A stretch of 64,000 bases of DNA from Candidatus Spongiisociaceae bacterium (GTDB taxonomy: Bacteria; Actinomycetota; Acidimicrobiia; Spongiisociales; Spongiisociaceae). Positions 20,544 to 30,395 of the stretch are shown in pieces (position 1 is the first letter of the stretch; every line of letters begins with the position of its first letter). A model generated the notes under the pieces. That model had not been told where the DNA came from. It was given only the letters and a program-made list of their open reading frames with translations, and did no database searches. The position numbers were made by a program, and so were the translations under genes. Where the stretch lies: positions 4,928,001 through 4,992,000 of the forward strand of contig OZ253564.1 of the NCBI GenBank assembly GCA_965262915.1, written 5' to 3'.

Positions 20544-21464
20544 TCAACCCGCCTCGGTCGGGTCGGTGTCCGGGCCGTAGTAAGAGAGGAAAACGTCGTC
20601 GAGGTCGGCCTCTTCGGAGGTGACGCTCCTCACGTCCCACGCCGCGGCCGCCTTTATCACCGCGTCCTGCGATCCCGCCACGCTGAGGCGCAGGAGGGCG
20701 CCGCCCTTGTGCGTGTCGATCACGGTTACGCCATCGATCGATGTGAAGGTCGTCGGGTCGACCGGGGACCCGAACTCGATCGACAGGTTGGACTGGATCC
20801 TCGACCTGAACCCTCCGAGGGTGTCAACTGCGATGAGACGGCCTTGACGGACGATCCCGACGCGATCCGCCATCCGCTCCACTTCGGGCAGGTAATGGGA
20901 GGACAGGAAGACCGTGCGGCCTTCCCGGCCGACCTCGGCCAGCAACTCCGCGAACTCCTGCTGCATGAGCGGGTCGAGGCCGCCGGTGGGTTCGTCGAGG
21001 ATCAGCAGCTCCGGTTCGTGCATGAAGGCGTTCACGAGACCCACCTTCTGGCGGTTGCCCTTCGAGTACTCCTTGATCCGCCGGTCGAGATCCAAGTCGA
21101 AGCGCTCGGCGAGACGGGCGGTGGCGGCAGCGGTGTCGATACCCCGCAACCTGCTGAAGTAGAGCAGGAACTCCCGCCCGGTCATCGACGGGTACAGGGC
21201 CAGGTCGCCCGGTACGTACCCGACCCGGCGCCGAATGGGCAGGGAGTGGCTCACGATGTCCATCCCGAAAATGGATCCCGAGCCTCTCGTGGGGTGGAGG
21301 AGATTGAGCAGCAGGCGGATGGTGGTGGTCTTGCCGGCCCCGTTGGGCCCGATGAAACCGAACACCTCGCCGACATCGACCGCGAGATCGAGATCGACGA
21401 TGCCCGGTGTTTGCCCGTAGTACTTGGTGAGACCCGCGGTCTCGATCGCAGCCGGCATCGCCAT
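20544..21464 (-). CDS. ABC transporter ATP-binding protein
   Basis: GPNGAGKTT, YSKGNRQK, ILDEPT and SSH. Confidence 0.93.
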   Translation of the reverse strand: MAMPAAIETAGLTKYYGQTPGIVDLDLAVDVGEVFGFIGPNGAGKTTTIRLLLNLLHPTRGSGSIFGMDIVSHSLPIRRRVGYVPGDLALYPSMTGREFLLYFSRLRGIDTAAATARLAERFDLDLDRRIKEYSKGNRQKVGLVNAFMHEPELLILDEPTGGLDPLMQQEFAELLAEVGREGRTVFLSSHYLPEVERMADRVGIVRQGRLIAVDTLGGFRSRIQSNLSIEFGSPVDPTTFTSIDGVTVIDTHKGGALLRLSVAGSQDAVIKAAAAWDVRSVTSEEADLDDVFLSYYGPDTDPTEAG

Positions 21465-21488
21465 CCGCCTCCCCTGTTTCCCGCCGGG

Positions 21489-22262
21489 CTATCCGGCCCG
21501 GACCGGGCGGCGGGTCTTGTTGGCTTCGAAGAACTCTACAACCCGTCGCCAGGCATCGGCCGAGTCGGCGGCGAAGTCCTCGTGGTGACGGTCGAAGAAG
21601 GAGTGCGGAGCCCCGGGATAGACGACCACCTCATGGGGGATCCCGGCTTGGTGGAGCGCCGCTCTGAACTCCTCCACCTGGTCGAGGGGGATGCTCGGGT
21701 CGTCCCCACCCATCAGGGCCAGGATCGGACAGGCCATGCCCGCCACCCGGTCGATGGCGCCGCCGGTCTCCTCGGGTCGGCGGGGCTTGCCGTAGAAGCC
21801 GACGGCGCCCGCCAGACCGAGGCCGTTGGCGGCCTGGTGCCAGGAATTGGAGCCGCCGAAGCAGAACCCGACTGTGAACACCGGACGGTCTGGGTCCGCG
21901 GCCCGCAGGCGTGAGACGGCAGCGGTCACGTCGTCACGTATCCCCGCAAAGGTCGTGCCGTGGACGTGTGGCCAGAAGTCCCAGTCGTTGGGACGGTCCC
22001 CTATTCCGGCGGTGCGCCCGAAGTAGTCGATGGCGATGGCGTCGTACCCGGCCTGGGCGAAGCGAAGCGCCAGATCCGTGTAGAAACGGTAGAGACCGCG
22101 CACGTCGGGGAGCACCACCACCGCGGTCTCCGACGGGGTCGGTCCCGTTGCCTCGAACGCTGCGAACGCGTTGCCGTCCCGCGCGGTGAGCCTGAGATCC
22201 CGCCCGGTGGCTTTCCGGTCACCCTCTGGGACCGGAGGTTCGGAATCGTGGTCGAAACACAT
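21489..22262 (-). CDS. Dienelactone hydrolase family protein
   Basis: GFCFGG, GGDD and YPGAPHSF. Confidence 0.9.
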   Translation of the reverse strand: MCFDHDSEPPVPEGDRKATGRDLRLTARDGNAFAAFEATGPTPSETAVVVLPDVRGLYRFYTDLALRFAQAGYDAIAIDYFGRTAGIGDRPNDWDFWPHVHGTTFAGIRDDVTAAVSRLRAADPDRPVFTVGFCFGGSNSWHQAANGLGLAGAVGFYGKPRRPEETGGAIDRVAGMACPILALMGGDDPSIPLDQVEEFRAALHQAGIPHEVVVYPGAPHSFFDRHHEDFAADSADAWRRVVEFFEANKTRRPVRAG

Positions 22263-22314
22263 GCCGCCTCCGTTGCTTCTTCACGGCGGAAGGATATCGG
22301 CCTCCGGCTACTAA

Positions 22315-22458
22315 GAAGGGTAGCGGATAGGTGCTCACGTGGGGAGACACGAGCTACGACATTTCAAGAACCGCCCGCGATGACCTGGGGTTTCCCGACC
22401 AGCAGCCGCCTCGGAATGACTACACGGGCGAGCGCGCTCCGCCTATCCGCTAGCCCTC
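22315..22458. mobile_element. MITE, 144 bp (diverged copy 4)
   Basis: TIR GAAGGGTAGCGGATAGG/CCTATCCGCTAGCCCTC; TAA on both flanks. Confidence 0.7.
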
Positions 22459-22532
22459 TAACGCCGATCCCGCAACAGTCGCCGCCATGAGACGGAGGAA
22501 GCAGACCACCGAGATACCGTTCCTGCGCCTGA

Positions 22533-22677
22533 GAGGGTGCGCGGATAGGTGCTCACCCTGGGGAAACAGCGAGTACGACCGTTGACGCGTACACACCGAT
22601 GACCAGGGGTTCTTCGAGTTGGAACCGGGTAGGTCCATTGACAGGGGCGGTTACGGTCCGCCTACCCGCGCACCCTC
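22533..22677. mobile_element. MITE, 145 bp (diverged copy 3, inverted relative to copy 1)
   Basis: TIR GAGGGTGCGCGGATAGG/CCTACCCGCGCACCCTC; shared internal CAC.TGGGGA and TGACCAGGGGTT motifs. Confidence 0.75.
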
Positions 22678-22774
22678 CAAAGGTGTTCACCCCAGAGATG
22701 GTTCCCGTGGGAGACGGGCGCCGATCTGTGCGTGATCCGAGGGATAGCCCGAACCGCAGGCTAGCCTTGCGGTT

Positions 22775-23605
22775 ATGTCACGGATAGGAAACTCACTCGC
22801 ACTGGCCCGGTCGTCCTGGGCGGTACTCAAGGCGGACAAGGAACTGGTGCTCCTGCCGGTGATCTCCGGGATCGCTTCGCTGATAGTCGCCGCCTCGTTC
22901 ATCCTCCCGATCATCTTTGCGGGTTTCGCCGACATAGGGGGAGCGACCATCGGGCTCCTGCTTCTGATGTACTTCGTTCTGGCTTATATCACGATCTTCT
23001 TCAACGCGGCCCTGATAAGCGCGGCGAACGAACGCTTGGAGGGTGGTGACCCGACGATCGGTAGCGCTATCAGGGGAGCGGCCCGCCGTGCGGGGAAGAT
23101 CCTCCCGTGGGCGCTGCTGTCAGCTGTCGTGTCGGTGATCCTGAGAGCGATCGAGGAACGGGTCGGATTGGTTGGCAAGATCGTGATCGCCGTGGTCGGG
23201 ATGGCCTGGACGGTGGTCACTTTCCTCGTACTGCCCATAATCGTGGTCGAGGGCATAGGCACGGGCAAAGCACTCAAGAAGTCGGGTTCACTGGTTCGGA
23301 ATACCTGGGGCGAGAACCTCGCGGGCCATATCGGCCTCGGTATCGTCGGGTTCCTTCTGATCCTCCCGTCGATCGCTCTGGTGGCCGCCGGGATCGCGTC
23401 GGCCGGCACCGGGGTGGGCGGAGTCGCGATCGGCTTGGGCGTGCTCTGGGGAATCATCGTCATGGTGGTCATGGCCGCCCTAACCGGCATCTACCAGACA
23501 GCCCTGTACCACTTCGCGGTATCCGGCCATGTCCCGTCGGGTTACTTCGACAGCACGCTGCTGCAGTCAGCGTTCCAGACTCGTCGCCTTCGTCGGCGAC
23601 GCTAG
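22775..23605 (+). CDS. Membrane protein (DUF6159-like)
   Basis: SWAVLKADKELV, IFFNAALI and S..L...TWGE motifs; multiple TM segments. Confidence 0.7.
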   Translation: MSRIGNSLALARSSWAVLKADKELVLLPVISGIASLIVAASFILPIIFAGFADIGGATIGLLLLMYFVLAYITIFFNAALISAANERLEGGDPTIGSAIRGAARRAGKILPWALLSAVVSVILRAIEERVGLVGKIVIAVVGMAWTVVTFLVLPIIVVEGIGTGKALKKSGSLVRNTWGENLAGHIGLGIVGFLLILPSIALVAAGIASAGTGVGGVAIGLGVLWGIIVMVVMAALTGIYQTALYHFAVSGHVPSGYFDSTLLQSAFQTRRLRRRR

Positions 23606-23681
23606 CCGGATACCACTCCCCCCAACAGTCGGTACGAACACTTCGGGATCTCCGCGACGCGACGGTGCCTGAGGTATTCCG

Positions 23682-24264
23682 TCAACCGGCGGCAGGTGAC
23701 CAGATCGGACACCAGTCCTTGTAGTGGGTTTCAGTGACCTGGTTCAATACACCGCTGTCCACGTCAATGACGTGGATCTCGCCTTCACGACCGCTGGAGA
23801 AAGCTATACGGCTACTATCCGGATGCCACTCAGCACAGGAGCTATCCGCATCATCGTCTGAGCCGGCGCAAGTTTTCACCGTCTACATCGATGATGAACA
23901 GGCTCTCGCGATAGTCCATGTCTAGGTCACGAATAAAGGCGATACGGCGTCCATCAGGAGACCAGATGGGATAGCTGCCTTTGGTGAGTTCCTGTGTAGT
24001 TCCATCGTCCAGGTTGTATATGACGACTCTCTTGGATTCGTCCTGCCCCTCCACAGTGAAGGCCAGATGTTTACTGTCAGGGGACCAAGCTACAGCTTCA
24101 TATCCGCTGGCCTCAGTCGTTATTCTGTCCAATTCCGTTCCGTCCGCACTGGCAATCCAGATGGCCCCGTAACCACTGAAAGTTCTGTCCGGAGAGGCCG
24201 GTAACCCGCTCCCAGAGTGGCCACCTTCATCGCTCGGCCAGAGGGCTAATGGAACCACCCACAC
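23682..24264 (-). pseudogene. TolB-like PD40 (WD40-like) repeat protein remnant
   Basis: WSPDSKHLAF, WSPDGRRIAF and WHPDSSRIAFSS split over two frames. Confidence 0.7.
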
Positions 24265-24531
24265 GCACCGACGGATCGATCACATGCTGGGGAGCCAACA
24301 GCTGGGGCAGGCAGACGAACCTCCCGGCACATACGCAGCCGTTTCCGCCGGGTGCCGGACGACGGAGGCACGTGAGAACGTGCGCGCAGCCTCATATTGT
24401 TGACAGGTTGAACCCTCCGGTCACGTCGACCCTATCAACCCAGCGGCGTCATGAAGCGGTGCCGCCGCAGTCTGACAACCGAACCCCCTTGACTGCCGCC
24501 GTCGGGCAACGGGGCCTCTCCCGGCTGGCTC

Positions 24532-24972
24532 CTAGCTTCCCAGGAACGGATCGCGGGTCCTCAGTTCCGGGAACATGGAGAAGTCGCGGTCCCGGGTGAA
24601 TAGCTCCTCAACTCCGTGGGCCACGCAGATGGCCGCGATCCGAGCATCGTGAACGACGCCACCGACAATCCGCGGGCGGTCCACGAATCGGCGAAGGATG
24701 GGGACGAAGTCATCCGTCTCGCCGATCATGCGATTCGACGGCGACGCTGTCCACGCATGAAACTGCTTCCAGGCCTGCGTAGGGGTACTGGCACTGTCCT
24801 TCCAGATCCGGCGGTTAGTCACCACGCTCAGGAACTCGAAACAGCACGGCCATGGGATCGCCCAGGGCCGATCACCTTCGGCTAGGGACACCAGAACCTC
24901 GTAAGCTCTCGCGCCGAGGCGTGCCTCCCTGCGATGGGCGTAGACGAGCACATTGGTATCTACGGCGATCAT
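24532..24972 (-). CDS. vapC: VapC PIN-domain toxin
   Basis: MIAVDTNVLVYAHR, EFLSVVT, HDARIAA and TRDRDF. Confidence 0.9.
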   Translation of the reverse strand: MIAVDTNVLVYAHRREARLGARAYEVLVSLAEGDRPWAIPWPCCFEFLSVVTNRRIWKDSASTPTQAWKQFHAWTASPSNRMIGETDDFVPILRRFVDRPRIVGGVVHDARIAAICVAHGVEELFTRDRDFSMFPELRTRDPFLGS

Positions 24973-25226
24973 CGGGGTCCGGCATCGCCGTAGATCAACT
25001 CCCGAAGCTCCGGCCACGAATAGCTTTCCAATGGGTCCGCTGCCTGAGGATCACCGACTCTCAGGTCGGGAAGTTCGAAGGACGGGCCAGGGGAGGGTGC
25101 CGAGAGTACGAGACGCAGTCCATCCTCAACAACAGCTCGTAGTGGCCTGCCCGTTGCTCTTGCGTGGAGCTTGGCGCGTCTCAGCAGTTCGTCATGGATG
25201 TTCAGCGTTGTCTTCACGAGTGCCAT
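24969..25226 (-). CDS. vapB: VapB-type antitoxin (DUF2191-like)
   Basis: KTTLNIHDELLRRAK..A...GR.L..VVEDGLR; 4-nt overlap with vapC; CCATA..TATGG dyad upstream. Confidence 0.85.
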   Translation of the reverse strand: MALVKTTLNIHDELLRRAKLHARATGRPLRAVVEDGLRLVLSAPSPGPSFELPDLRVGDPQAADPLESYSWPELRELIYGDAGPR

Positions 25227-25495
25227 ACTACCCATACATGAGTATATGGTATAGCCATACTCAGTTGAGTAAGTGGTCGGTGGGAACGGGCGGTCCGGAA
25301 CTTGGGCATGAACAGGCAGAACCCCGGATGGCCACTCTCGACAAGCGTGTGCTTGCTGTGTGCCTTCCAACCCCGGCGTTTCCGGCCGAGAACGGCGGAA
25401 GGCGGGAGACCGGCCCGACAGGCGCAGGAAGTATCGCGGTTGGCCGGGCCGGGACGGAAACTGTCGTCGGCCGGTTATCGACCCTTACGGATTCC

Positions 25496-25771
25496 TCATG
25501 GGGAGCCCGCCCGGCGGCGAGCGGCCCTGGCTCGGGCCTTGGCTGCTTCTACCTCGCGGTTCTTGGGTGGGGCCGCTGTGACCAGAGCGTCCACCAGCAT
25601 CCGGGTATCCGCCGCAATCTGCTCCACCGCCCGGTCGAAGGCTGCCCGGTTGGCTCCCGATGGGCGGGAGGCGCCCATGATCTTGCGAACGTACTGCAGG
25701 GCGGCAGCGTGGACCTCCTCGTCCGTCGCCGGGGGCTCGAAGTTGTGGAGGGTTCGGATGCTGCGACACAT
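25496..25771 (-). CDS. DUF2277 family protein
   Basis: MCRSIRTLHNFEPPATDEEVHAAALQYVRK. Confidence 0.85.
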   Translation of the reverse strand: MCRSIRTLHNFEPPATDEEVHAAALQYVRKIMGASRPSGANRAAFDRAVEQIAADTRMLVDALVTAAPPKNREVEAAKARARAARRRAGSP

Positions 25772-25805
25772 GGCTCACGAGGTTAACGAGCGTTCGGAAC
25801 GCTCG

Positions 25806-27497
25806 TCACTCGGTGTAGGGAATCACCTCGGGACCATCAGTGCGGGCCACGATCAGCAGGCGCTCGTGCTCGGCTAACTCGATGGCCTCTATCACCGCCT
25901 CGGCCGAGAGGGCCGCGTCCGCGTCGGGCCGGTCCCAGACCCGGGCTTTGACGCCCGTCTGTTCCTCGACCGCCCTGGCGACCTCGCCGCCTTCAGACCC
26001 GACCAGCACAACCGAGAGGACGGTCCTTCCAGGTGGTTTCGGGGGCATGTCTGCCAGGTCGGCCCGCCGGATCGCCCAGTGGTATGCGGCTGCTATGCCC
26101 ACGGTCAACACCAGAGCCAGCGGCCAACGGATTGCGTAGATCGTCGTGGAGCCCACATCCCCCTCCAGTACAGCCTCCAGGATCCGGTAGGCCAGGAAGA
26201 ACAGGCTTCCCAGGGCCAACACGCCACCTGCTCCGAACACGCATATCAGGTAGATCCGCCTCGTGGGCGAACCAAGCTCGGAATCCGGATCCGCCCGCCG
26301 CCAGCGCTGGGTCGCTGTCCAGTACCGCCACCACACGGGGAAACCGACCAGGAGCATGGCCACGGCCGCCACGAGGCCCGATCGATCGGAAGACCTGACG
26401 AGGTCGGCAGGCACGAGGGCGCCGATGGAGGCCGCGATCACAGCTCCGAGGCCACCGACCGTAGCGATGAGCCCGACACCCGTGACCGTGTACTCGTGGA
26501 CCCGGTCGACCTCCGATCGGCGGGCCGGTCCCGCCGCGCGGAGAGCAGCGTGGTGGTAACGCCACAAGAGACCGCCGACCGCCATCAGCGCCAGGGCGAG
26601 CGGCAGTTCCTCGAAGTGCAGCCGGGCAGGATCCGTGGAATCCCCGACGAACCAGTCGAGGATCCGGTAGAGGAGGCTCCACACGCCGGTGAGGGCCGTG
26701 AGCAGGCCGCCGACCACTCCGGGGAGCAACACGTAGGCACGCCACAACGGGGTCCTTTCGGTGCGAATCGCGAGGAACCACCAGTAGCGGAGCCAGACGA
26801 CCCCCCATACCACCAACCCGACCAGCGCGGTCAGGATCAGTTCTGCCCTGCCCTCGACCACGGTGGCGCCCACCAAGAGGTCATAGAGCCTGCCGAGGAC
26901 TCCCTCGAGGAACAGAACTCCGAAAGTGGCCCCGGTGGCCAGCCCAATGAGGGAACCCAGCAGCACGCCGTAACGCAGGTAACCCGCGCGGTCCCGCCAA
27001 CCGGCCAGAACATGATGCGAGAACCAGACGATTCCCCACACCACCATCACCGCGGCCGGCGTGATCCGGAACCTGCCTTCCGTCAGGCCTACGCCCCAGA
27101 GGTATGCACCGGTACCGGCGGCACCAAGGCTGATCAGTTCCGCCACCACCAGGTAGATCTCCCAACCCGGATCCACCCCGCCCGAACGGTCGAGGGCTCG
27201 CCTCACCCAACGAGACACCAGTACGAGGCCGGGCCCACAGACGATCACGCAGGCCAGCATGAAGGCCGTGTATCCCGACCCCCCGATCACCTCGGGATCG
27301 GCCAAGGCAAGTAGTCCGGTCAGCCCGGTCCCCACCAGCACCATGAGCACCAGCAGCATCCCGTACCGGAAGCAACGCCTCAGAGCACCCCCGGTGTCCC
27401 CGCCCGACCTACGGGACAGGAAGGTCACCACGGCCACAGCTAGAGCTATGGCAACCAATACCTCCAGAATCAGAGCAAGTATCACCACCACCTCCAT
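25806..27497 (-). CDS. Multi-pass membrane protein (DUF5671-like repeats)
   Basis: Repeated TM blocks with W..HW/YW and R.Y motifs. Confidence 0.7.
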   Translation of the reverse strand: MEVVVILALILEVLVAIALAVAVVTFLSRRSGGDTGGALRRCFRYGMLLVLMVLVGTGLTGLLALADPEVIGGSGYTAFMLACVIVCGPGLVLVSRWVRRALDRSGGVDPGWEIYLVVAELISLGAAGTGAYLWGVGLTEGRFRITPAAVMVVWGIVWFSHHVLAGWRDRAGYLRYGVLLGSLIGLATGATFGVLFLEGVLGRLYDLLVGATVVEGRAELILTALVGLVVWGVVWLRYWWFLAIRTERTPLWRAYVLLPGVVGGLLTALTGVWSLLYRILDWFVGDSTDPARLHFEELPLALALMAVGGLLWRYHHAALRAAGPARRSEVDRVHEYTVTGVGLIATVGGLGAVIAASIGALVPADLVRSSDRSGLVAAVAMLLVGFPVWWRYWTATQRWRRADPDSELGSPTRRIYLICVFGAGGVLALGSLFFLAYRILEAVLEGDVGSTTIYAIRWPLALVLTVGIAAAYHWAIRRADLADMPPKPPGRTVLSVVLVGSEGGEVARAVEEQTGVKARVWDRPDADAALSAEAVIEAIELAEHERLLIVARTDGPEVIPYTE

Positions 27498-28045
27498 CAG
27501 GGATTTCCTTCACGGTCCAGCATGGGCTCGGAACAGCCGTACCATGGCCACTCCTGGTCCGTGATGCGCCATTCGGCCCCGGACAACTGCAGGCTGAAGA
27601 ACGCGTCGAACTCGTGGTACGAGTCGAAGATCCCCCGGTGCTCGGCCACCAGCACCTCGACCTCGGCTCCCGACCCGTCAACAACGGTCTCCATCCACTC
27701 GATCCGGTAGGCATCGTGCGAGAGGTGCCGGGGAAACCTGGAGTCGCACTCTCGCTGCAACCGGTCCGACAGGTAGGAGCGGGCCTCGGCACGCCTGCCT
27801 TCGATCACCGCCTGCAGGTAGCGCTGAACCACGCCTTCCGGTGTGGCCGGATCGAGCTGTGGACTGCGGATGAACGTGAAAGCGACCGCGACCGCCACCA
27901 GCACGCCGACCGCGATCCCCGCCCATAAGATGATCCGCGCACCGGGAGGAAACGACCCCTTCGGATCGGACCCGGATCGTGTTGGCGGCTCAGGGGTGTT
28001 CACGCCGTTGCAGACCGACCGCACGCCCGGCGAGATGGTCCCCAC
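27497..28045 (-). CDS. Hypothetical membrane-anchored protein
   Basis: TM helix then TPEGVVQRYLQA; abuts the downstream gene; start uncertain. Confidence 0.65.
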   Translation of the reverse strand: MGTISPGVRSVCNGVNTPEPPTRSGSDPKGSFPPGARIILWAGIAVGVLVAVAVAFTFIRSPQLDPATPEGVVQRYLQAVIEGRRAEARSYLSDRLQRECDSRFPRHLSHDAYRIEWMETVVDGSGAEVEVLVAEHRGIFDSYHEFDAFFSLQLSGAEWRITDQEWPWYGCSEPMLDREGNP

Positions 28046-28081
28046 CCGCGGATTGCGTCCGGTCCTGGGAGCTGTAGTCTC

Positions 28082-28588
28082 ATGAGCATGAGCGTAACCT
28101 ACGAACGAATCCTACGCCTGAGGGCCATCCGCCAATACCAGAACCGTTCCGTAGACCCCGACGACCTCAACCGGGTACTGCAGGCGGCCCGCTGGACCGG
28201 CAGTTCCAAGAACCGCCAGAACTGGTCGGTGGTGGTGATACAGGACCGGGAACGAGTCGAGCGGCTGGCCGCATGCGGCAATTTCACGAAACCCCTGGTG
28301 GCCGCCCCCGTCGCCCTGGCTCTTGTGGAGGAGCCGGAAACCTACGAGTTCGACACCGGGCGCATGGCGCAGAACATCATGCTGGCCGCGGACGCTCTCG
28401 GTATGGCCACCTGCCCCATCACCATGCACCGGCACGAAGACGCGGCCCGCGTGCTCGGCCTCCCACCAGGGTGGCGTTGCCGCTACGCAATCGCACTCGG
28501 ATATCCGGCTCCGACCGCCCGCCCGGCGAGGTTCGGGGGCCGCAAACCGCTCGAGAACATCCTTCACCAGGACTCGTTCGGTCAGTGA
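28082..28588 (+). CDS. Nitroreductase family protein
   Basis: RAIRQY, TGSSKNRQNW and DTGRMAQNIMLAADALG. Confidence 0.9.
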   Translation: MSMSVTYERILRLRAIRQYQNRSVDPDDLNRVLQAARWTGSSKNRQNWSVVVIQDRERVERLAACGNFTKPLVAAPVALALVEEPETYEFDTGRMAQNIMLAADALGMATCPITMHRHEDAARVLGLPPGWRCRYAIALGYPAPTARPARFGGRKPLENILHQDSFGQ

Positions 28589-30264
28589 CCACGACTTCTC
28601 GGGAACTGGCCGACGAGTACTGGGAGTTCCTGCTCGACCACCGTCACTTCTCCAACCTGGCCCGGGGCGAACTGAGTCGGATCGAGCAATGGGACGATCT
28701 CTCGGCCGAGGGAATACAGGCCGCCAGGGAGGCCTGCTTCCGGTTCGCTGCCCGCGCCGCCGACTCGACCGCGGACACGGCCTCCGACCGGATCCTGCGG
28801 GAGACCGTCGCAGCAGCCGCGTTCATGGGCGCGACGGTCGGCGTCTGGTGGCCGCACCTCCAAGCAGCCAGCCGCCAGTCCGGGCTGCTGAGCGCCCTGC
28901 TGCCGGCGATCCACCTCCAGCCTCTCGTCACCGCCGACCACGGTCGTCGGTATCTGGAGAAGCTGCGCCGCTTCCCGGCGATGATCGACCAGTTGGTGGA
29001 TCGGCTCGAAGAGGGCGCCGTGACCCGGATAGTCCCCCTTGCCCTGCATGTGGGCCAGACAATCGGCAAGCTGGACCAGACGCTCTCCCGGCCTCCGGTG
29101 GACGACCCGATCACCACGCAGGCCGCTCCGGCCCGGCTGGGCGAGGCCGAGGCGATCCGGTGGCGAGGGGACCTGGTGGAGGCGATCGAGGCTCATGTGC
29201 GTCCGAGCCTGTCTCGCTTCGCAGGGGCACTCCACGATGTGACGCTCCCTTCGGCACGCCCCTCGGACCAGGCAGGATTGTGCCACCTGCCCGGGGGCGA
29301 TGCGGTGTATGCCGACATGGTCAAGGGTCACACGACGCTCGACCTCGAGCCGGAAGCGATCCACCAACTGGGCCTCGGCAGGGTTGGCTTGTTGGAGGAC
29401 GAGTACCGGCGCATCGCGGGACCGCTGCTCGGTACCTACGAAATGCCTGAGATCTACACTCGACTGCGCGATGATCCGGGACTCAAATACGATCGCTCCG
29501 ATGACCTGGTGGCAGACGCGTTCCGCTGCCTGGAGAAGGCCACCGCTGCAATGGGGGGTTGGTTCGACCCCCTGCCCCGGGCGCCCTGCCTAGCCGACCC
29601 GATCGATGTGGGAGCCATGGCCTACTACTACCCGCCCACCGCCGACGGGGTACGCCCGGGGCGTTTCTTCTTCAACGTCGCCGACCCGACCGCCTGGGCC
29701 ACCTTCCAGATTCCGGCGGTCGCCTACCACGAGGGCATCCCGGGACACCACCTCCAGATCGCTCTGGCCATCGAGAACACCGGTATCCACGACCTTCACA
29801 GGCACGTCTACCTGCCGGCCTTCGGCGAGGGGTGGGGCCTCTACAGCGAGCGCCTCTCCGACGAGATGGGCCTGTACGAGGACGACTGGGAACGGGTCGG
29901 TATGCTCACCGCCGACTCGTTGCGGGCCGGGCGGCTGGTGGTGGACACCGGTATCCACGCCTTGGGTTGGACGAGGACCGAAGCCATCAGGTACCTGGCC
30001 GACCACTCTCCCATGTCCATCCATGAGATCACCGAAGAGGTCGACCGGTACATCGCCTCTCCCGGCCAGGCGCTCTCCTACATGCTGGGACGCCTGGAGA
30101 TCGAGTCCCTGCGCGCCGAAGCCGAGGCCCGGTCGGGCAAGGCGTTCGACATCAAGAGCTTCCACGGAACGGTCCTCGGTAGCGGCACCGTGCCGCTACC
30201 CACCCTGCGTTGGATGGTCCGGGATTGGCTGGACGGGGACGATTCCGCCGCAGGTGGCCGCTGA
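28585..30264 (+). CDS. DUF885 family protein
   Basis: YHEGIPGHHLQ, EGWGLYSE, RLVVDTGIH and PGQALSYMLG; GTG start overlaps upstream stop. Confidence 0.88.
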   Translation: MTTTSRELADEYWEFLLDHRHFSNLARGELSRIEQWDDLSAEGIQAAREACFRFAARAADSTADTASDRILRETVAAAAFMGATVGVWWPHLQAASRQSGLLSALLPAIHLQPLVTADHGRRYLEKLRRFPAMIDQLVDRLEEGAVTRIVPLALHVGQTIGKLDQTLSRPPVDDPITTQAAPARLGEAEAIRWRGDLVEAIEAHVRPSLSRFAGALHDVTLPSARPSDQAGLCHLPGGDAVYADMVKGHTTLDLEPEAIHQLGLGRVGLLEDEYRRIAGPLLGTYEMPEIYTRLRDDPGLKYDRSDDLVADAFRCLEKATAAMGGWFDPLPRAPCLADPIDVGAMAYYYPPTADGVRPGRFFFNVADPTAWATFQIPAVAYHEGIPGHHLQIALAIENTGIHDLHRHVYLPAFGEGWGLYSERLSDEMGLYEDDWERVGMLTADSLRAGRLVVDTGIHALGWTRTEAIRYLADHSPMSIHEITEEVDRYIASPGQALSYMLGRLEIESLRAEAEARSGKAFDIKSFHGTVLGSGTVPLPTLRWMVRDWLDGDDSAAGGR

Positions 30265-30395
30265 GCAGGGCACCAAGGACGGCGGCTCCGAGGCGCCACC
30301 GGTGTGATCCGGTTGCCACACGTTCACCGTCGACCGGGTTCCGGCGCCCATCGGGGCCGGGAGGACCGGCGTCCTCGGTGTAGCATCGGTCGGCC

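Noticed and set aside
22315-22677. Two adjacent repeats as a CRISPR-like repeat-spacer unit
   Set aside because: Each unit has inverted ends, one has a clear target duplication, and related copies occur singly elsewhere, so MITE fits better.
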